A stretch of DNA of 64,000 nt from Candidatus Hodarchaeota archaeon (GTDB lineage Archaea; Asgardarchaeota; Heimdallarchaeia; Hodarchaeales; Hodarchaeaceae), in assembly GCA_016840035.1 (NCBI GenBank), contig JAEOTC010000038.1, positions 78,760 through 142,759 of the forward strand, written 5' to 3'. Below the pieces are notes generated by a model. That model was given only the letters and a program-made list of their open reading frames with translations. It ran no database searches and was not told the DNA's origin. Shown one piece after another: positions 47,900-58,801 of the stretch (positions are counted from its first letter, which is position 1; every line of letters starts with the position of its first letter). The translations under genes were made by a program, and so were the position numbers.

Positions 47900-50335
47900 A
47901 TGCCAAAATTTACTATCGAAGAAGCTCAAAAACTTCTCGTCGATCGAGATTATGTGCGAAACCTTGGAGTTATAGCACACATCGACCATGGTAAAAGTAC
48001 ACTCACAGACTCGCTTCTTGCTGCGAGTGGATTATTAGCAGAAAAAGTAGCTGGCGAAGCTAGAGCAACAGACACACGAGAAGACGAACAAGAACGTGGT
48101 ATCACTATAAAGACTACAGGAATCTCTCTAGTTCACGAATTAAAAGAAAGGACTTTTCTCGTGAACTTACAAGACACTCCAGGGCACGTTGACTTTTCTG
48201 GAGAAGTCACATCAGCACTACGAGTTGTAGACGGAGCTCTTGTTGTAGTAGATGCAGTTGAAGGTGTTATGGTTCAAACTGAAGTAGTTACTCAGCAAGC
48301 ACTTGCAGAACGAGTTCGTCCTGTCTTGATTATCAATAAAGTTGACCGTTTAATAACTGAGATGCGTATGACACCCGATAACGCATATGAACAATTCAAA
48401 AAGATTATTAGTGATTTCAACGTACTAGTTGAAACCTATGCTCCTCCTGAATTTAAAAAGAAATGGAGAGTTGATCCTAGACAAGGTACTGTTGCATTTG
48501 GATCTGCTATTCATCGGTTTGGTTTGACAATTCCAGCTCTAGCCGAAATTTGGCATGAAAAAACTGGTCAACCAATTGACAAATTAGTAAAGAATCTCTG
48601 GATGAAAAATAATTTCGTTAATGGAGTTCTTAAACCAACCTATGAAATATATGAAAAAGCTGAAGAAAATGATACAGAATCTCTAAAAAAGGTAGCAGAA
48701 CAATTAACGCTTCGTATTGATGAAAGCGTTTGGCTTGAACCACCTAAGAGAATTGCAAAAGCATTGTTGGAAAAATGGCTACCTGTAGAGAAGGCAGTAC
48801 TCGATATGGTTGTCGCATTCTGTCCTTCTCCAATAGACGCACAAAAGTATCGATTTAAAAGCTTCTGGACTGGAGAAATGGAATCTCCTGAAGGTAAAGG
48901 TCTTCTTACTTGTGATCCCGACGCTCCCGTTATGATATCAATATCTAAAATGATTCCGGGAAGAGCAAAACGAATAATTGCCATGGGACGAGTATTTTCT
49001 GGAACCGTTAAGGCTGGACAGAAGATCACCGCTCTTCTACCAGGTTATCAGCCTGGAAGTAAGGAACGGACGTTTACAACGAATATCCAACAGGTTTCTA
49101 TGTTAATGGGAGCAAAGGCTGAAAAAGTTGATTTTATCCCTGCTGGAAACATTGTTGCATTACAAGGCCTTCGTGGTGCGACAGCAAGTAGTACAATCAC
49201 AAGTCTGGAATCAGCACTTCCATTTAAAGCATTGAGTTATGCAGTGGAACCAGTCGTTACAATTGCAATTGAAGCAAAATCTCCTAGTGAACTACCAAAG
49301 CTTGCAGAAGGATTACAACTAATGGAATTAGTGGATCCATCATTAAAAACAAAAGTGAACGAAGAAACTGGAGAATTCCTTCTCTCTGGGACAGGAGAGC
49401 TTCATCTGGAAATAGCCGTAAAAGACTTGCAGGACTTACAAAAAATAGAAGTAACGCAAAGTGAACCCATTGTTGTATTTAGGGAATCAGTCTCTGCTGA
49501 ATCTACTCAACAAGCCCTTGCAAAGTCTCCGAACAAACACAATCGTCTATGGGTTCGAGCTGCTCCATTAGAGGAAGATGTCATAAAAATCATTGAAGCT
49601 GGAACTATACACCAATATACAGATCGAAAGGAAATGGGACAAATTCTGAGAGATCAAGCTGGATGGGATGCCAAAGTTGGTCGTAAAGTCTTAGGTATGG
49701 GACCAGCGGAAAATGATCCAAATTTCTACATTGATGCAACTAAAGGTGTTCAATACCTACGTGAAGTTAAGGATTATCTCCTACAAGGTTTCCGTTGGGC
49801 TGCAAGGGAAGGGCCTTTGTGTGGTGAACCGTTCTACGGTATTAAATTTTTGTTAGAAGATGTTAAGCTTCATGAGGATCCTGTACACCGAGGAGCAGGG
49901 CAAACAATGCCTGTTTCGCGAAGAGCGTGTTTCGGTGCAGCTTTATTGGCATCTCCCATACTTCTTGAACCTGTTTATAAGGTTCAAGTTCAAGTTCCAG
50001 AGCAGTACCTCGGTAATGTCTATAAAGTTCTTACAAAACGAAGAGGTAGAGTAATTGATACTCAAAAGCGAGAAGGAACCCCCTTAAATATTATCATTGC
50101 AGAGGTTCCTGTTTCTGAATCTTTTGGAATTACGACTGATTTACGATCTGAGACTTCAGGCTTTGCATTTTCTCAAATGGTTTTTGATCATTGGGAGAAA
50201 GTTCCTGGAAATCCAGCCAAGGAAGAAGAACAAGGCGGTGGATTAGCACGTAAGTTTGTTATAGAAACACGAAAGCGTAAAGGATTTCACAATCCTAATC
50301 CTCCAAAACCTGAAGACTATTACGATAAACTCTAA
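47900..50335 (+). CDS. fusA: Translation elongation factor EF-2
   Basis: AHIDHGKST, RGITI, DTPGHVDF, NKVD, GELHLE, SPNKHN, diphthamide loop HEDPVHRG. Confidence 0.97.
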   Translation: MPKFTIEEAQKLLVDRDYVRNLGVIAHIDHGKSTLTDSLLAASGLLAEKVAGEARATDTREDEQERGITIKTTGISLVHELKERTFLVNLQDTPGHVDFSGEVTSALRVVDGALVVVDAVEGVMVQTEVVTQQALAERVRPVLIINKVDRLITEMRMTPDNAYEQFKKIISDFNVLVETYAPPEFKKKWRVDPRQGTVAFGSAIHRFGLTIPALAEIWHEKTGQPIDKLVKNLWMKNNFVNGVLKPTYEIYEKAEENDTESLKKVAEQLTLRIDESVWLEPPKRIAKALLEKWLPVEKAVLDMVVAFCPSPIDAQKYRFKSFWTGEMESPEGKGLLTCDPDAPVMISISKMIPGRAKRIIAMGRVFSGTVKAGQKITALLPGYQPGSKERTFTTNIQQVSMLMGAKAEKVDFIPAGNIVALQGLRGATASSTITSLESALPFKALSYAVEPVVTIAIEAKSPSELPKLAEGLQLMELVDPSLKTKVNEETGEFLLSGTGELHLEIAVKDLQDLQKIEVTQSEPIVVFRESVSAESTQQALAKSPNKHNRLWVRAAPLEEDVIKIIEAGTIHQYTDRKEMGQILRDQAGWDAKVGRKVLGMGPAENDPNFYIDATKGVQYLREVKDYLLQGFRWAAREGPLCGEPFYGIKFLLEDVKLHEDPVHRGAGQTMPVSRRACFGAALLASPILLEPVYKVQVQVPEQYLGNVYKVLTKRRGRVIDTQKREGTPLNIIIAEVPVSESFGITTDLRSETSGFAFSQMVFDHWEKVPGNPAKEEEQGGGLARKFVIETRKRKGFHNPNPPKPEDYYDKL

Positions 50336-50455
50336 TTTTCTTGAGTTTACTTTCCTTTTTTCTTATTATTCCCAACCGCTTGAAAAATAACAATATCTTT
50401 ACTGCTAGATACCTTTCTAAAAGACTGAAGCAAATGAAAGGAATTGTTAAAAAAG

Positions 50456-50530
50456 CGGATCCGGAGGGATTTGAACCCACGACATTCTGCTCCGAAGGCA
50501 GACGCTCTATCCATGCTGAGCCACGGATCC
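50456..50530 (-). tRNA. tRNA-Arg(TCG)
   Basis: GGATCCG/CGGATCC acceptor, TCTGC-CTTCGGA-GCAGA arm, GGTTCAAATCC. Confidence 0.95.
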
Positions 50531-50714
50531 ATTAATATCTAATTCAATGGTTTTGTTAAAATCTGTTTCTAGAGGGGATTACAAGACAATTGTTTGAATA
50601 ATAAGAATATATTGGAAACAAGATTAGTAACTTAGTTTGAAATAGAGGAGCTATTTCAAATCATGAACAGTTTAGCAATTCATTTTCAAATTTCAAGACT
50701 GAAGGAGAATCTAT

Positions 50715-50990
50715 TCATCTATTCTTCCGTTCAGCTGAAGATCGGATTTTCACTTGATGTCTGTGAATTGCACAGGAAACGCAGAAGTATCGAACATATG
50801 GAACTCGAGCAATTTGGGTTCCAGCTTGACGTAATTCCTTTGCAATCGTGAAATCAACTAAGTTTTTATAGCTGGTTTTTCGCTTGGCCTTATCTCTTGG
50901 GACTAATCGTCCACATGAAGAGCATTGAACTTTACCTAAGTTGCCTTTCCCACCTTTACTTCGACCGCCAGATTTTCTTTTTTTGCCCAT
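50715..50990 (-). CDS. rps26e: 30S ribosomal protein S26e
   Basis: MGKKRKSGGRSK, VQCSSCGR.VPRDKA, CVSCAIH. Confidence 0.95.
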   Translation of the reverse strand: MGKKRKSGGRSKGGKGNLGKVQCSSCGRLVPRDKAKRKTSYKNLVDFTIAKELRQAGTQIARVPYVRYFCVSCAIHRHQVKIRSSAERKNR

Positions 50991-51066
50991 TACGAGAACA
51001 CCTTTCATATGTGAAGTTACGTTAAAAAAACTGTTTAAATCGAATTTTACCTACAATTTCATGTCT

Positions 51067-51738
51067 TTATGGGTTGTTTTTATTCTCTCCCATTACTTGT
51101 GGAATGGTTTTCTTGGTAATGAACAACGCTAAATTTTCTAAATTTAAGTGATAAGATTGTTCCGAATCGTAAAAAGGTGCAATCTCAGGAAATTCTCCTT
51201 TTATATATTCGAAGACACTTTTTTTAATCAGATCAATTTGTTTAAAATAATCCTCTGAATACCTTTGGATCTTCTGGTAGAGCTCACTTGTCAAGAGGAC
51301 AAAATGTGGGGTTTCATCACCAGAGAGAATTTTCTCACTGATTAAATCATATAATTGTTCTTGATTCTTCCCGTTTGAAAGAATCAGGAAAAAACCAGGC
51401 ATAGGTAATAGAAATAAAATCATTATTGGGGAAAGAAATCCAAACTGAGTTTCAAATCGTACTATAGAATCGTTCGAAATAATCATTGCTGAAATTATAA
51501 GATTTAGTGACGCTGTAAGTGTCGATTGAAAGGACCCTCGTCCTATCCAGTAAAGTTTACCTGAATATTGATGAATTGGATCTTTATTGGAAAAACTCAC
51601 CCCTTGGTAGTTAATTATTGAATAAAAAATTATCGTCCAAGGAAGGACGCATAGGAGTAAGAGGTAGTTATCGTAAAAGCCGATAAAAAAGATAAATGTA
51701 AAATTTATCAAAGAGAGAATAAAAAAAAGAGAGGGCAC
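51067..51738 (-). CDS. Hypothetical membrane protein
   Basis: About four TM segments followed by a soluble tail. Confidence 0.55.
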   Translation of the reverse strand: MPSLFFILSLINFTFIFFIGFYDNYLLLLCVLPWTIIFYSIINYQGVSFSNKDPIHQYSGKLYWIGRGSFQSTLTASLNLIISAMIISNDSIVRFETQFGFLSPIMILFLLPMPGFFLILSNGKNQEQLYDLISEKILSGDETPHFVLLTSELYQKIQRYSEDYFKQIDLIKKSVFEYIKGEFPEIAPFYDSEQSYHLNLENLALFITKKTIPQVMGENKNNP

Positions 51739-51771
51739 AGAAATTACATTCCTGTATTTTAAAAAGACCGT

Positions 51772-52206
51772 CTAACTCAAAAGATCTTTTAATTCTGAAA
51801 CCAAGCTGGAAATGTCTTTTTCCTCTTCTTTGAATATTTCAGGTATTTTGTGGCTGTAGCGTCGAAGTACTCGAATTGCTAGCCCTAGTGAATGTGCTTC
51901 GTTTGATGCACCAATTAAAATAAAATCTTCTGCAGAACTTAATACCGTGTAACCTTTCTCTCCACGGACTAGGACTTCCCATAGTTGTCCATGATCCATT
52001 CTGTCAACGACCATACCACCTGTAGATAGTACAGCGGCTGAAAGGGCAGAGAATAAATCTGGGTCTGCATCTTTTTCGGAGAAGAATGCTACACTCATCC
52101 CAGTACGAGTAACTAGTGCTAACGCTTCTAAATCTGCATAACGTACGATTTCTTGTAATAATTTAATCAATTTCTTTTTTTGCTCAACTGTAAGTGCAAA
52201 GGCCAT
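51772..52206 (-). CDS. Roadblock/LC7-domain protein
   Basis: ALV.RTG, FSALSAA, L..G.L..V.VRGEKGY, LGL. Confidence 0.88.
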   Translation of the reverse strand: MAFALTVEQKKKLIKLLQEIVRYADLEALALVTRTGMSVAFFSEKDADPDLFSALSAAVLSTGGMVVDRMDHGQLWEVLVRGEKGYTVLSSAEDFILIGASNEAHSLGLAIRVLRRYSHKIPEIFKEEEKDISSLVSELKDLLS

Positions 52207-52508
52207 TTTTTCACCTTCAGGAAGGTTCTCACAATACTTAAAGTTCCTTTTTAATATGAGATACGTTTCTAGATTGAGATAATGGTCTGGACGACGATTA
52301 TACTCTAATTAGGTAATTATCATCGGGTAATGATTTAAACCTTACTAAACCTCGAATCAGCAGAAATTGATTTTCACTAATCTTAGTTAAAGAACATGTA
52401 ACGGGTATCAATCTTGGGTTTGTGGAAAACACTAGAAATTTCTAAAAATTAAAATATATCTTATCTATCAGTGTTAAAGTGAATCTGATCTAAATATCAG
52501 GGTGAGAT

Positions 52509-53498
52509 ATGATGGATACTTCTCAAGAAAAGGTGATTCTAGGATTATTTGTACTAGATAAAATCATCACAACTCATTCTCCGTCTTCCTTTACTAAACA
52601 AGATAATCGTATTGATTTTTCACTTGGAGGCCCACCCACTTTCATGTTGTTTTTTTCTGATATATTAGGGACTTTTTTTCCAATTATCAAATCACCAACG
52701 GTTTTTTCACATATTTCTCCTGAAACTAAGGATTTCCACGAGGAATTTTCCTTTATTTCCCAAGCTCAAGTACAATTCATCAATTATGAAAAAACTCCGA
52801 AATTCATACTTGATTACTCCCAAGGATCTCCTGAAAGAAAATTGGTTTTATATGATCCTCCTGATGATTTTAAATTTGAATCTTTTAACTGGAATTTTCA
52901 TCATCCTCCAATATTAATAATTAGTTCGATTTATCAAGAGTTTAATTCAATTAAAACTTTTTCTTTTTTTCGTGAGAGAGGAAGCTTTCTAGCTTTTGAT
53001 CCCCAAGGATGTTTTAGAGAGAGATTATCGAATGGGGAAATAAGATATTCTGAATGGTTAGAAAAGGACATAATTTCACAACTCGACTGTATTAAACTCT
53101 CGAAAAATGAAGCAGAACTCCTTGGATTGGGATACGATGAGGTAGAGATTATCAAGAAACTACTAAATATCTCTCCAAAATTTGTGATTATTACAAAGGG
53201 AAAAAAAGGATCTTTACTTGGTGTCAGATACACAGGATCAGAAAAGAGTAAGATATTCTACATTCCACCATTTCCTGTAGAGAATGTAAAAACCGAAACT
53301 GGGGCTGGAGATGGCTTTTTGTATTGTTTTATTAGTTTTTTACAATTGTTAAACGATGAATTAGCTGCTATTGCTTATGCAACGAGTTTAATATCTTTAT
53401 TTTTGGAACATGGCCTTGATAAAGAAAAATTTACCTTACAAGAAATTAAATATCGACAGAAATTAATTCATTCTAAGATTCGAAATATACTGGATTAA
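52509..53498 (+). CDS. PfkB-family carbohydrate kinase
   Basis: GGPP, FDPQG, KLS..EA, ITKG.KGS, ETGAGDGF. Confidence 0.85.
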   Translation: MMDTSQEKVILGLFVLDKIITTHSPSSFTKQDNRIDFSLGGPPTFMLFFSDILGTFFPIIKSPTVFSHISPETKDFHEEFSFISQAQVQFINYEKTPKFILDYSQGSPERKLVLYDPPDDFKFESFNWNFHHPPILIISSIYQEFNSIKTFSFFRERGSFLAFDPQGCFRERLSNGEIRYSEWLEKDIISQLDCIKLSKNEAELLGLGYDEVEIIKKLLNISPKFVIITKGKKGSLLGVRYTGSEKSKIFYIPPFPVENVKTETGAGDGFLYCFISFLQLLNDELAAIAYATSLISLFLEHGLDKEKFTLQEIKYRQKLIHSKIRNILD

Positions 53499-53535
53499 AT
53501 TTTCGCATCCCAGACATCAATTGTAAAGATAAGGT

Positions 53536-53754
53536 TTAATCAACCTTAATGTAGAGGATATTATTTCCCCGAAGAAATGCTCGTCCATATCGCTTGGTTA
53601 TTTTCCCATCCTCCATTTCGGAACAGTTCTCTAGTATTAAATTCATATATTGGTCTGTTATTTTTAATCGTCCTGTGTAGGACTGGTTACTTTTTAATGT
53701 CACAGTAATTGTTTTACCAATTGCTTTTTCTAATGTTTGTAGTGGATTGGACAT
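53536..53754 (-). CDS. Sm/LSm protein
   Basis: V.LK....Y.G.L...DQYMNL.L, G..FLRGNNILYI. Confidence 0.95.
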   Translation of the reverse strand: MSNPLQTLEKAIGKTITVTLKSNQSYTGRLKITDQYMNLILENCSEMEDGKITKRYGRAFLRGNNILYIKVD

Positions 53755-53853
53755 AATACTAGTTCCTTAAAATTTAATAAAATCAAGAATAAGATTAAAT
53801 GCTCCTCATTTTAAAGAATTCTAAAAATGTTTCTTCACTTACTCTGAGATGAT

Positions 53854-56058
53854 TCATTCTTCTTCCGAATGAAAATCTTGGAGTAGATCAAGATCAGGAG
53901 TGTTATACAGAGCAAAATACTCTTCCTTGAAGTCATTCAATAAATTTTCTATACTAAATTCGGTCACTTGGGTGTCTTTAGAAGCTACTTTCTTTTCAAT
54001 GAGATAAGACATTCTTTTTCGTCGTAGTTTCTCCTCTAATTGTAATTCTCGCTTACGGATCTCTTCTTTAACGGAAATATCGGTTAAATATAATTCATCA
54101 TAAACCCAAATTTCTAAAGGAGGATTGGTTGAAGTTCGATCTCTCTCTGTATACTCACCTAGAGGAAGCTCAAAGCAGGGTACACAATTCTCATCGAAGA
54201 TCTGAATAGCTTGATCGGAGAATTTAGGACTTTCTTCAGGTATAATTACTCCGCGAATCCCAAAATCGATAAGTTTAATGGCTGTTTGAGCTCCTCCACC
54301 ACTTGGATCAAGCACGAGTACAATATCACCCTCATGTAAGCCATAATTGGTGTTTGTATCTCGAATTGCTGAATCAGAAAATGATTTTAATGGTTTCAAT
54401 GGAAACTCATGTCCTTGAACCCAAAAATTCTTTATTTCCTTCAATTTTTTAATTTCTGATTGATTCTTTTTTATCATCTGTCTAAATAATCGATTTTCCT
54501 CTTTAATCTGACCAACTTCTCTATCCACAACTTCAGTTACTTTCTTCCGAGTTTGCTTTGAATTCCTTACTTTTGATTTTTCGAATAAATTATTGATTCT
54601 CTTTAGTTCCTGTGATTGGTCTCGTGATCTGTTCCGCCAGTATCTCACTTCTTGATCGATCTTTTCCATCTCTTCTGATACAGTTTCAAATTTCGCTTGC
54701 CATTGGATATTTTCATTCTTTAATGAGTTAATTAGATGCTTAAAGTCTGTTTCTTTGATTTCAGTGACAAAAGATTCTTCCCTTCCTTGAATTAATGAAA
54801 CTGCATTCGATATGCTATTTCCTGAAAGAACTAATCGCTGAATTTCGGAAATATGGGAAATCAACGATGGGTACGATTCTTCGATCAATCTCCCAATTTT
54901 CTCAAATTGGGGTTTGAGGAGATTAAATCCTTTCAAAGCTCCAAATAATGCATCTCGTTCGTGAGAGTTAAGATGACTATAATTAACAGTCAGATCTGAA
55001 TAATCTTGAAGGTAACTTCTTTTCTGAGCTGCAGTAGCAAGAACAGAGGGGGTTAACAATTTTGCTCCTGTGATTTTTGCGACTCTTTCAACCATTGCGG
55101 GAGCAGGGACTACATCAGCGGCCACACAGCTTACTTTACCGTATTTCGTGGAGATACGAATAATTTCAGAGATTCCACATTCTCGTTTTGATCCTAGATA
55201 TAGTACATTTCCACGATTACAATCTAAAATGGCAATACCCGTTGTTGTCCCTGGATCTAGGCCCAAAATGACATTTTTCAAAGATCTAGCAGAAGGGGCC
55301 ATCGCAACATCCAGTGGTTTGAAGTCAAGAGTTGTTCGAGTAATCCTTTGGAGAATTACTTTGACCAAATCAGTATTCAGACCTTTAATTTTCATCTGTA
55401 AGGTTGAAATTAACTTATTTTCTAATTGAACTAAGTAAACTCGTTTTTGTGGGTATTTGAATATATCCCATTTAAGATTCTGTTCTTTGAGTATTGCTGC
55501 TACTTCTTTTGATGCCTGTTGGACTGCTGTGCTGCTTATTCGCTCATATCGTGGGGCAGACCACCCTCCTTTCCCGTGAGATTTTTTTCGGGTAATCCGA
55601 ATCTTAATTTCATCCTCAAATGCTTCGACAATATGTCCAACTCGTTTTACGCATAATCTTGCTGCTACTTCAGCAGTTTCTATAGATGATAATTTCTGAG
55701 CTTTATATGAAAAACTAACCATTTTTCTAATATTGTGTTTCGTAATAAGATGAGAAATTTTTTCCATTCCTGTACGAGGGTTCCCAGTCACTTGTACTAG
55801 CAATGAGGTGGGAGGAAAAAGTTCAAGTAATCTGATGATTCCCTGAGCATTTGGTGCCAACTCGAAAATATTATCGATCGCAATATAATCTGGACGTATA
55901 TCCTGTATCTTCTTTAATAATTGACGCTTGTTGATTTTTGGATGCTTCTCAAGATGATTATTGTTTATTATCACCAATGAATATACACGAGAAGTCTTTT
56001 TCCCTCTTTCTTTATATGCTAGGACATCAATACCGAATATTATAAGTGAGTTCTTCAT
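53854..56058 (-). CDS. DUF460-domain protein
   Basis: IAIDNIFEL, LVQVTG, GKGGWS..RY, GLDPGTT.GIA, HERDAL, coiled coil. Confidence 0.85.
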   Translation of the reverse strand: MKNSLIIFGIDVLAYKERGKKTSRVYSLVIINNNHLEKHPKINKRQLLKKIQDIRPDYIAIDNIFELAPNAQGIIRLLELFPPTSLLVQVTGNPRTGMEKISHLITKHNIRKMVSFSYKAQKLSSIETAEVAARLCVKRVGHIVEAFEDEIKIRITRKKSHGKGGWSAPRYERISSTAVQQASKEVAAILKEQNLKWDIFKYPQKRVYLVQLENKLISTLQMKIKGLNTDLVKVILQRITRTTLDFKPLDVAMAPSARSLKNVILGLDPGTTTGIAILDCNRGNVLYLGSKRECGISEIIRISTKYGKVSCVAADVVPAPAMVERVAKITGAKLLTPSVLATAAQKRSYLQDYSDLTVNYSHLNSHERDALFGALKGFNLLKPQFEKIGRLIEESYPSLISHISEIQRLVLSGNSISNAVSLIQGREESFVTEIKETDFKHLINSLKNENIQWQAKFETVSEEMEKIDQEVRYWRNRSRDQSQELKRINNLFEKSKVRNSKQTRKKVTEVVDREVGQIKEENRLFRQMIKKNQSEIKKLKEIKNFWVQGHEFPLKPLKSFSDSAIRDTNTNYGLHEGDIVLVLDPSGGGAQTAIKLIDFGIRGVIIPEESPKFSDQAIQIFDENCVPCFELPLGEYTERDRTSTNPPLEIWVYDELYLTDISVKEEIRKRELQLEEKLRRKRMSYLIEKKVASKDTQVTEFSIENLLNDFKEEYFALYNTPDLDLLQDFHSEEE

Positions 56059-56085
56059 AATTTGAAAACCATTTAATTTATGGTG

Positions 56086-56982
56086 TCAATCCATCATTTT
56101 AACAATTTCTGAGATGTCATAATGAGTTTTTACCGTGAATTTTTTCTCAAAATAATTTATTACATTCTGGCAATCTCGAATTAGAATTTCTTCAGCTTGA
56201 GAATCTGAAGTCGAAATAAATTGTGGCCAGTCTATTAGAACTGGATAGTCGCTCTCATTCAAGCGAATATTATATTCACTCAAATCACCATGAATATATC
56301 CTTGGGAAACAACTTTTTTGATTTCTTCAATAATATTGTGAAATAAAGAGGCAATTTCCTCTTCATTCTCGAAGTCATTTCTCTTCATGCGATAAAGATC
56401 CTGGCCTTTCACGATCTCCATAACAACTAAATGACGGTTTTGAGCAATGGGCTTTGGAACACTGGTATTTGCTTCATAAAGATCTTTTAATACTTTAAAT
56501 TCTCTTTCTGCAGATAATCGACTTTCATACAAGGGAGAAAGATGTCTTTTTTCTGCAATAAAGGCACGGCTTTTCCTAGTTGCGCGGAAATCTAGTTTCC
56601 CAAGACGATGGAATTTGATTATGAACTCAATCTGATCATCATCCATTCCCAGATAGATATTACTTTCTTTTCCTGCACCGATTTCTGGTCCTATCTGAGC
56701 TAATATTCCCTTTTCAACCAGTGCCTTTAGTGCCAGCGCATCATATCCAATAAAGGTTAGGGCTGCACCTAGATAATGACGCTGCGCAATGAAGATTAAC
56801 TTCATTCGTTTTAATCTCCCTAATCGATTCTCAATCCGCTTTTCGGAATATTTCATGAACCGTGCTATCTCTTCAAGAGGAACAAACTCATGTTTAGCCA
56901 TTAGAATTTCAATAACTGAAAGAATTCGAAAATCGAGTTTTTCAATTTCACGAAAAGATTGGGTAATGGTTAAACGAGCCAT
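56086..56982 (-). CDS. rio2: Serine/threonine kinase RIO2
   Basis: wHTH (HEFVP, LT..GYD.LAL), G.GKES, KFHRLG, IHGDLSEYN, IDWPQ. Confidence 0.93.
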   Translation of the reverse strand: MARLTITQSFREIEKLDFRILSVIEILMAKHEFVPLEEIARFMKYSEKRIENRLGRLKRMKLIFIAQRHYLGAALTFIGYDALALKALVEKGILAQIGPEIGAGKESNIYLGMDDDQIEFIIKFHRLGKLDFRATRKSRAFIAEKRHLSPLYESRLSAEREFKVLKDLYEANTSVPKPIAQNRHLVVMEIVKGQDLYRMKRNDFENEEEIASLFHNIIEEIKKVVSQGYIHGDLSEYNIRLNESDYPVLIDWPQFISTSDSQAEEILIRDCQNVINYFEKKFTVKTHYDISEIVKMMD

Positions 56983-57004
56983 ATTTCACACTCATGGATA
57001 TATT

Positions 57005-57098
57005 TTAGATCAGAAAGTGCAACTGTCATCATAAGCAATAGGACTTAGAAATTACTAATCCTATTGGCCTCCGTAGACCGTCTTTTTCATCATCAGGG
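57005..57098 (-). ncRNA. Box C/D guide sRNA (peptidyl-transferase-centre targets) with internal hairpin
   Basis: C ATGATGA (57093-57087), guide AAAAGACGGTCTA, D' CGGA, hairpin, C' ATGATGA, guide CAGTTGCACTTT, D CTGA (57013-57010); ends approximate. Confidence 0.85.
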
Positions 57099-57248
57099 AT
57101 AAAGAGAAATTTAAAACTCACTTTATCTCCTCAAAGACTTAATCAAACGCTGTTAATTAGCATTAATTTTCTTTTCTGACACAATTTTTGAACTAGTATT
57201 TTTTTAGGTCGTAATTCTCTTCTCAGTAAAATATTTCAATGAAATTCC

Positions 57249-58790
57249 ATGGCATATTCAAACATGAAATCGAGAAAGAAGTACTCTTCGAGGTTAATGA
57301 TCATAGGAGTACTGCTCACCTTTATAACTCCTTTTGTAGATGCTCAAACTGCCGATGCAGGTTCTGAAGACTCACACTTAACAATATTGAGACCTTCTTT
57401 TGCAAATCCTGTTATCTGTGCTGAAGGAGAAACAATTGAAATCTTTTTAAAATCGATAGCTGAAGTTACTCCAATAACTGTGAAATTATCATCCCCCTTC
57501 ATAAGTTATACACTTTCTATCAGTGCTGGAAGCTTTCAGGATGGTATTCTGACCCATTCAATCCTGATTCCTGAACAGGTAATTCCTCAAATCTATGGAT
57601 TATATCTCGAATACTCGGACGAGGTAATTTACGTACCAAATGCTGTAATGATACCTCCCCAAGAGACAGAGAACAACAGTTTTATTGATATGATTCATAT
57701 CACAGATACACAAATTTATGGAGAGGACGAAAGAACGCAACAATTAGAGCATTTAATATCAGAGGTCAATCTATTACGTCCTGATCTCGTTTTATTTACT
57801 GGAGATCTGGTTGAGGGATTAACTACTGTTGATGGGGGCCCTGTGGGTGCAGATATTCAGTTCCCAATATTATACGAGGCCTTAAAGGAATTAAATGTTC
57901 CTGTCCTACTCTGTAATGGGAACCATGATTTTTACATAAATGACTATGGAAATGGAGTAGAACTGTGGGAGAATTATTTTCTTCCCATAGATTATATTAG
58001 TCAATTATATTACAAAAATGTACTTTTTGTTGGAGCCTCTACTTACGATTTAACTGGATTAACTGCCCCTCAGATAAATGACATTACTACAATCTTCAAC
58101 CAAAATTCAGAAGGAATTAACATATTTTTCGCTCATTCAGACTATGCATCGCAGTTTGAAACGGTATATTCCCAAGGAAATGTCATGACAGCATTTTTAG
58201 GACACGAACATATAGGTTCTGTCTATACTGTTGGCACCACGCTTGAAATAATAACTGATAACTCCATTCCTTATCCTCTTCATACAAGCGCTCCTGGGCA
58301 TTTCCGTATTTGTCGTATAAATGATACTGCTATAGAGTTTTATAACGAAGTTGAAAGTCTTAAGCTCTTTTCAACCTATAATCAATCAGCGGTCTCAGAG
58401 AATGAAACAAAAATATCAGGAAGAATTAGAAGTGATCACGCAAGCGAGAGATTTGACCAAATGTTTGAAGAAATTACCCTCCCTGGTTTATGGGAGCTTA
58501 ATTCATTCGAGAATGTATCTGACTTAGCATTGTATCATAACAATTCACATACGAGGATAGACATTAAATTTCAGAATATAACTCATGGACTTCATACCTA
58601 TACGATAAATCTCTCAAAAATTGTGGAGATTACTACTGACACTACTCCTTCCACACAGAGTTCTTCCCAGACTACAAGTAGTTTTGAATCAATGTCTACA
58701 ACCGAAAGATCTACTAATATATTCTACTTGCCCCTTATAATCGGATTAATATATTTGAATCTGAAAAAAAGGAAGAGAGAAAGAGTTTAA
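57249..58790 (+). CDS. Secreted, C-terminally anchored metallophosphoesterase
   Basis: Signal peptide; HITDTQ, TGDL, GNHD, AH, GHEH; Ser/Thr linker, TM, basic tail. Confidence 0.85.
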   Translation: MAYSNMKSRKKYSSRLMIIGVLLTFITPFVDAQTADAGSEDSHLTILRPSFANPVICAEGETIEIFLKSIAEVTPITVKLSSPFISYTLSISAGSFQDGILTHSILIPEQVIPQIYGLYLEYSDEVIYVPNAVMIPPQETENNSFIDMIHITDTQIYGEDERTQQLEHLISEVNLLRPDLVLFTGDLVEGLTTVDGGPVGADIQFPILYEALKELNVPVLLCNGNHDFYINDYGNGVELWENYFLPIDYISQLYYKNVLFVGASTYDLTGLTAPQINDITTIFNQNSEGINIFFAHSDYASQFETVYSQGNVMTAFLGHEHIGSVYTVGTTLEIITDNSIPYPLHTSAPGHFRICRINDTAIEFYNEVESLKLFSTYNQSAVSENETKISGRIRSDHASERFDQMFEEITLPGLWELNSFENVSDLALYHNNSHTRIDIKFQNITHGLHTYTINLSKIVEITTDTTPSTQSSSQTTSSFESMSTTERSTNIFYLPLIIGLIYLNLKKRKRERV

Positions 58791-58801
58791 TCTTAATCTC
58801 T

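Noticed and set aside
50295-50535. Three short ORFs
   Set aside because: Overlap tRNA-Arg or the end of EF-2; spurious
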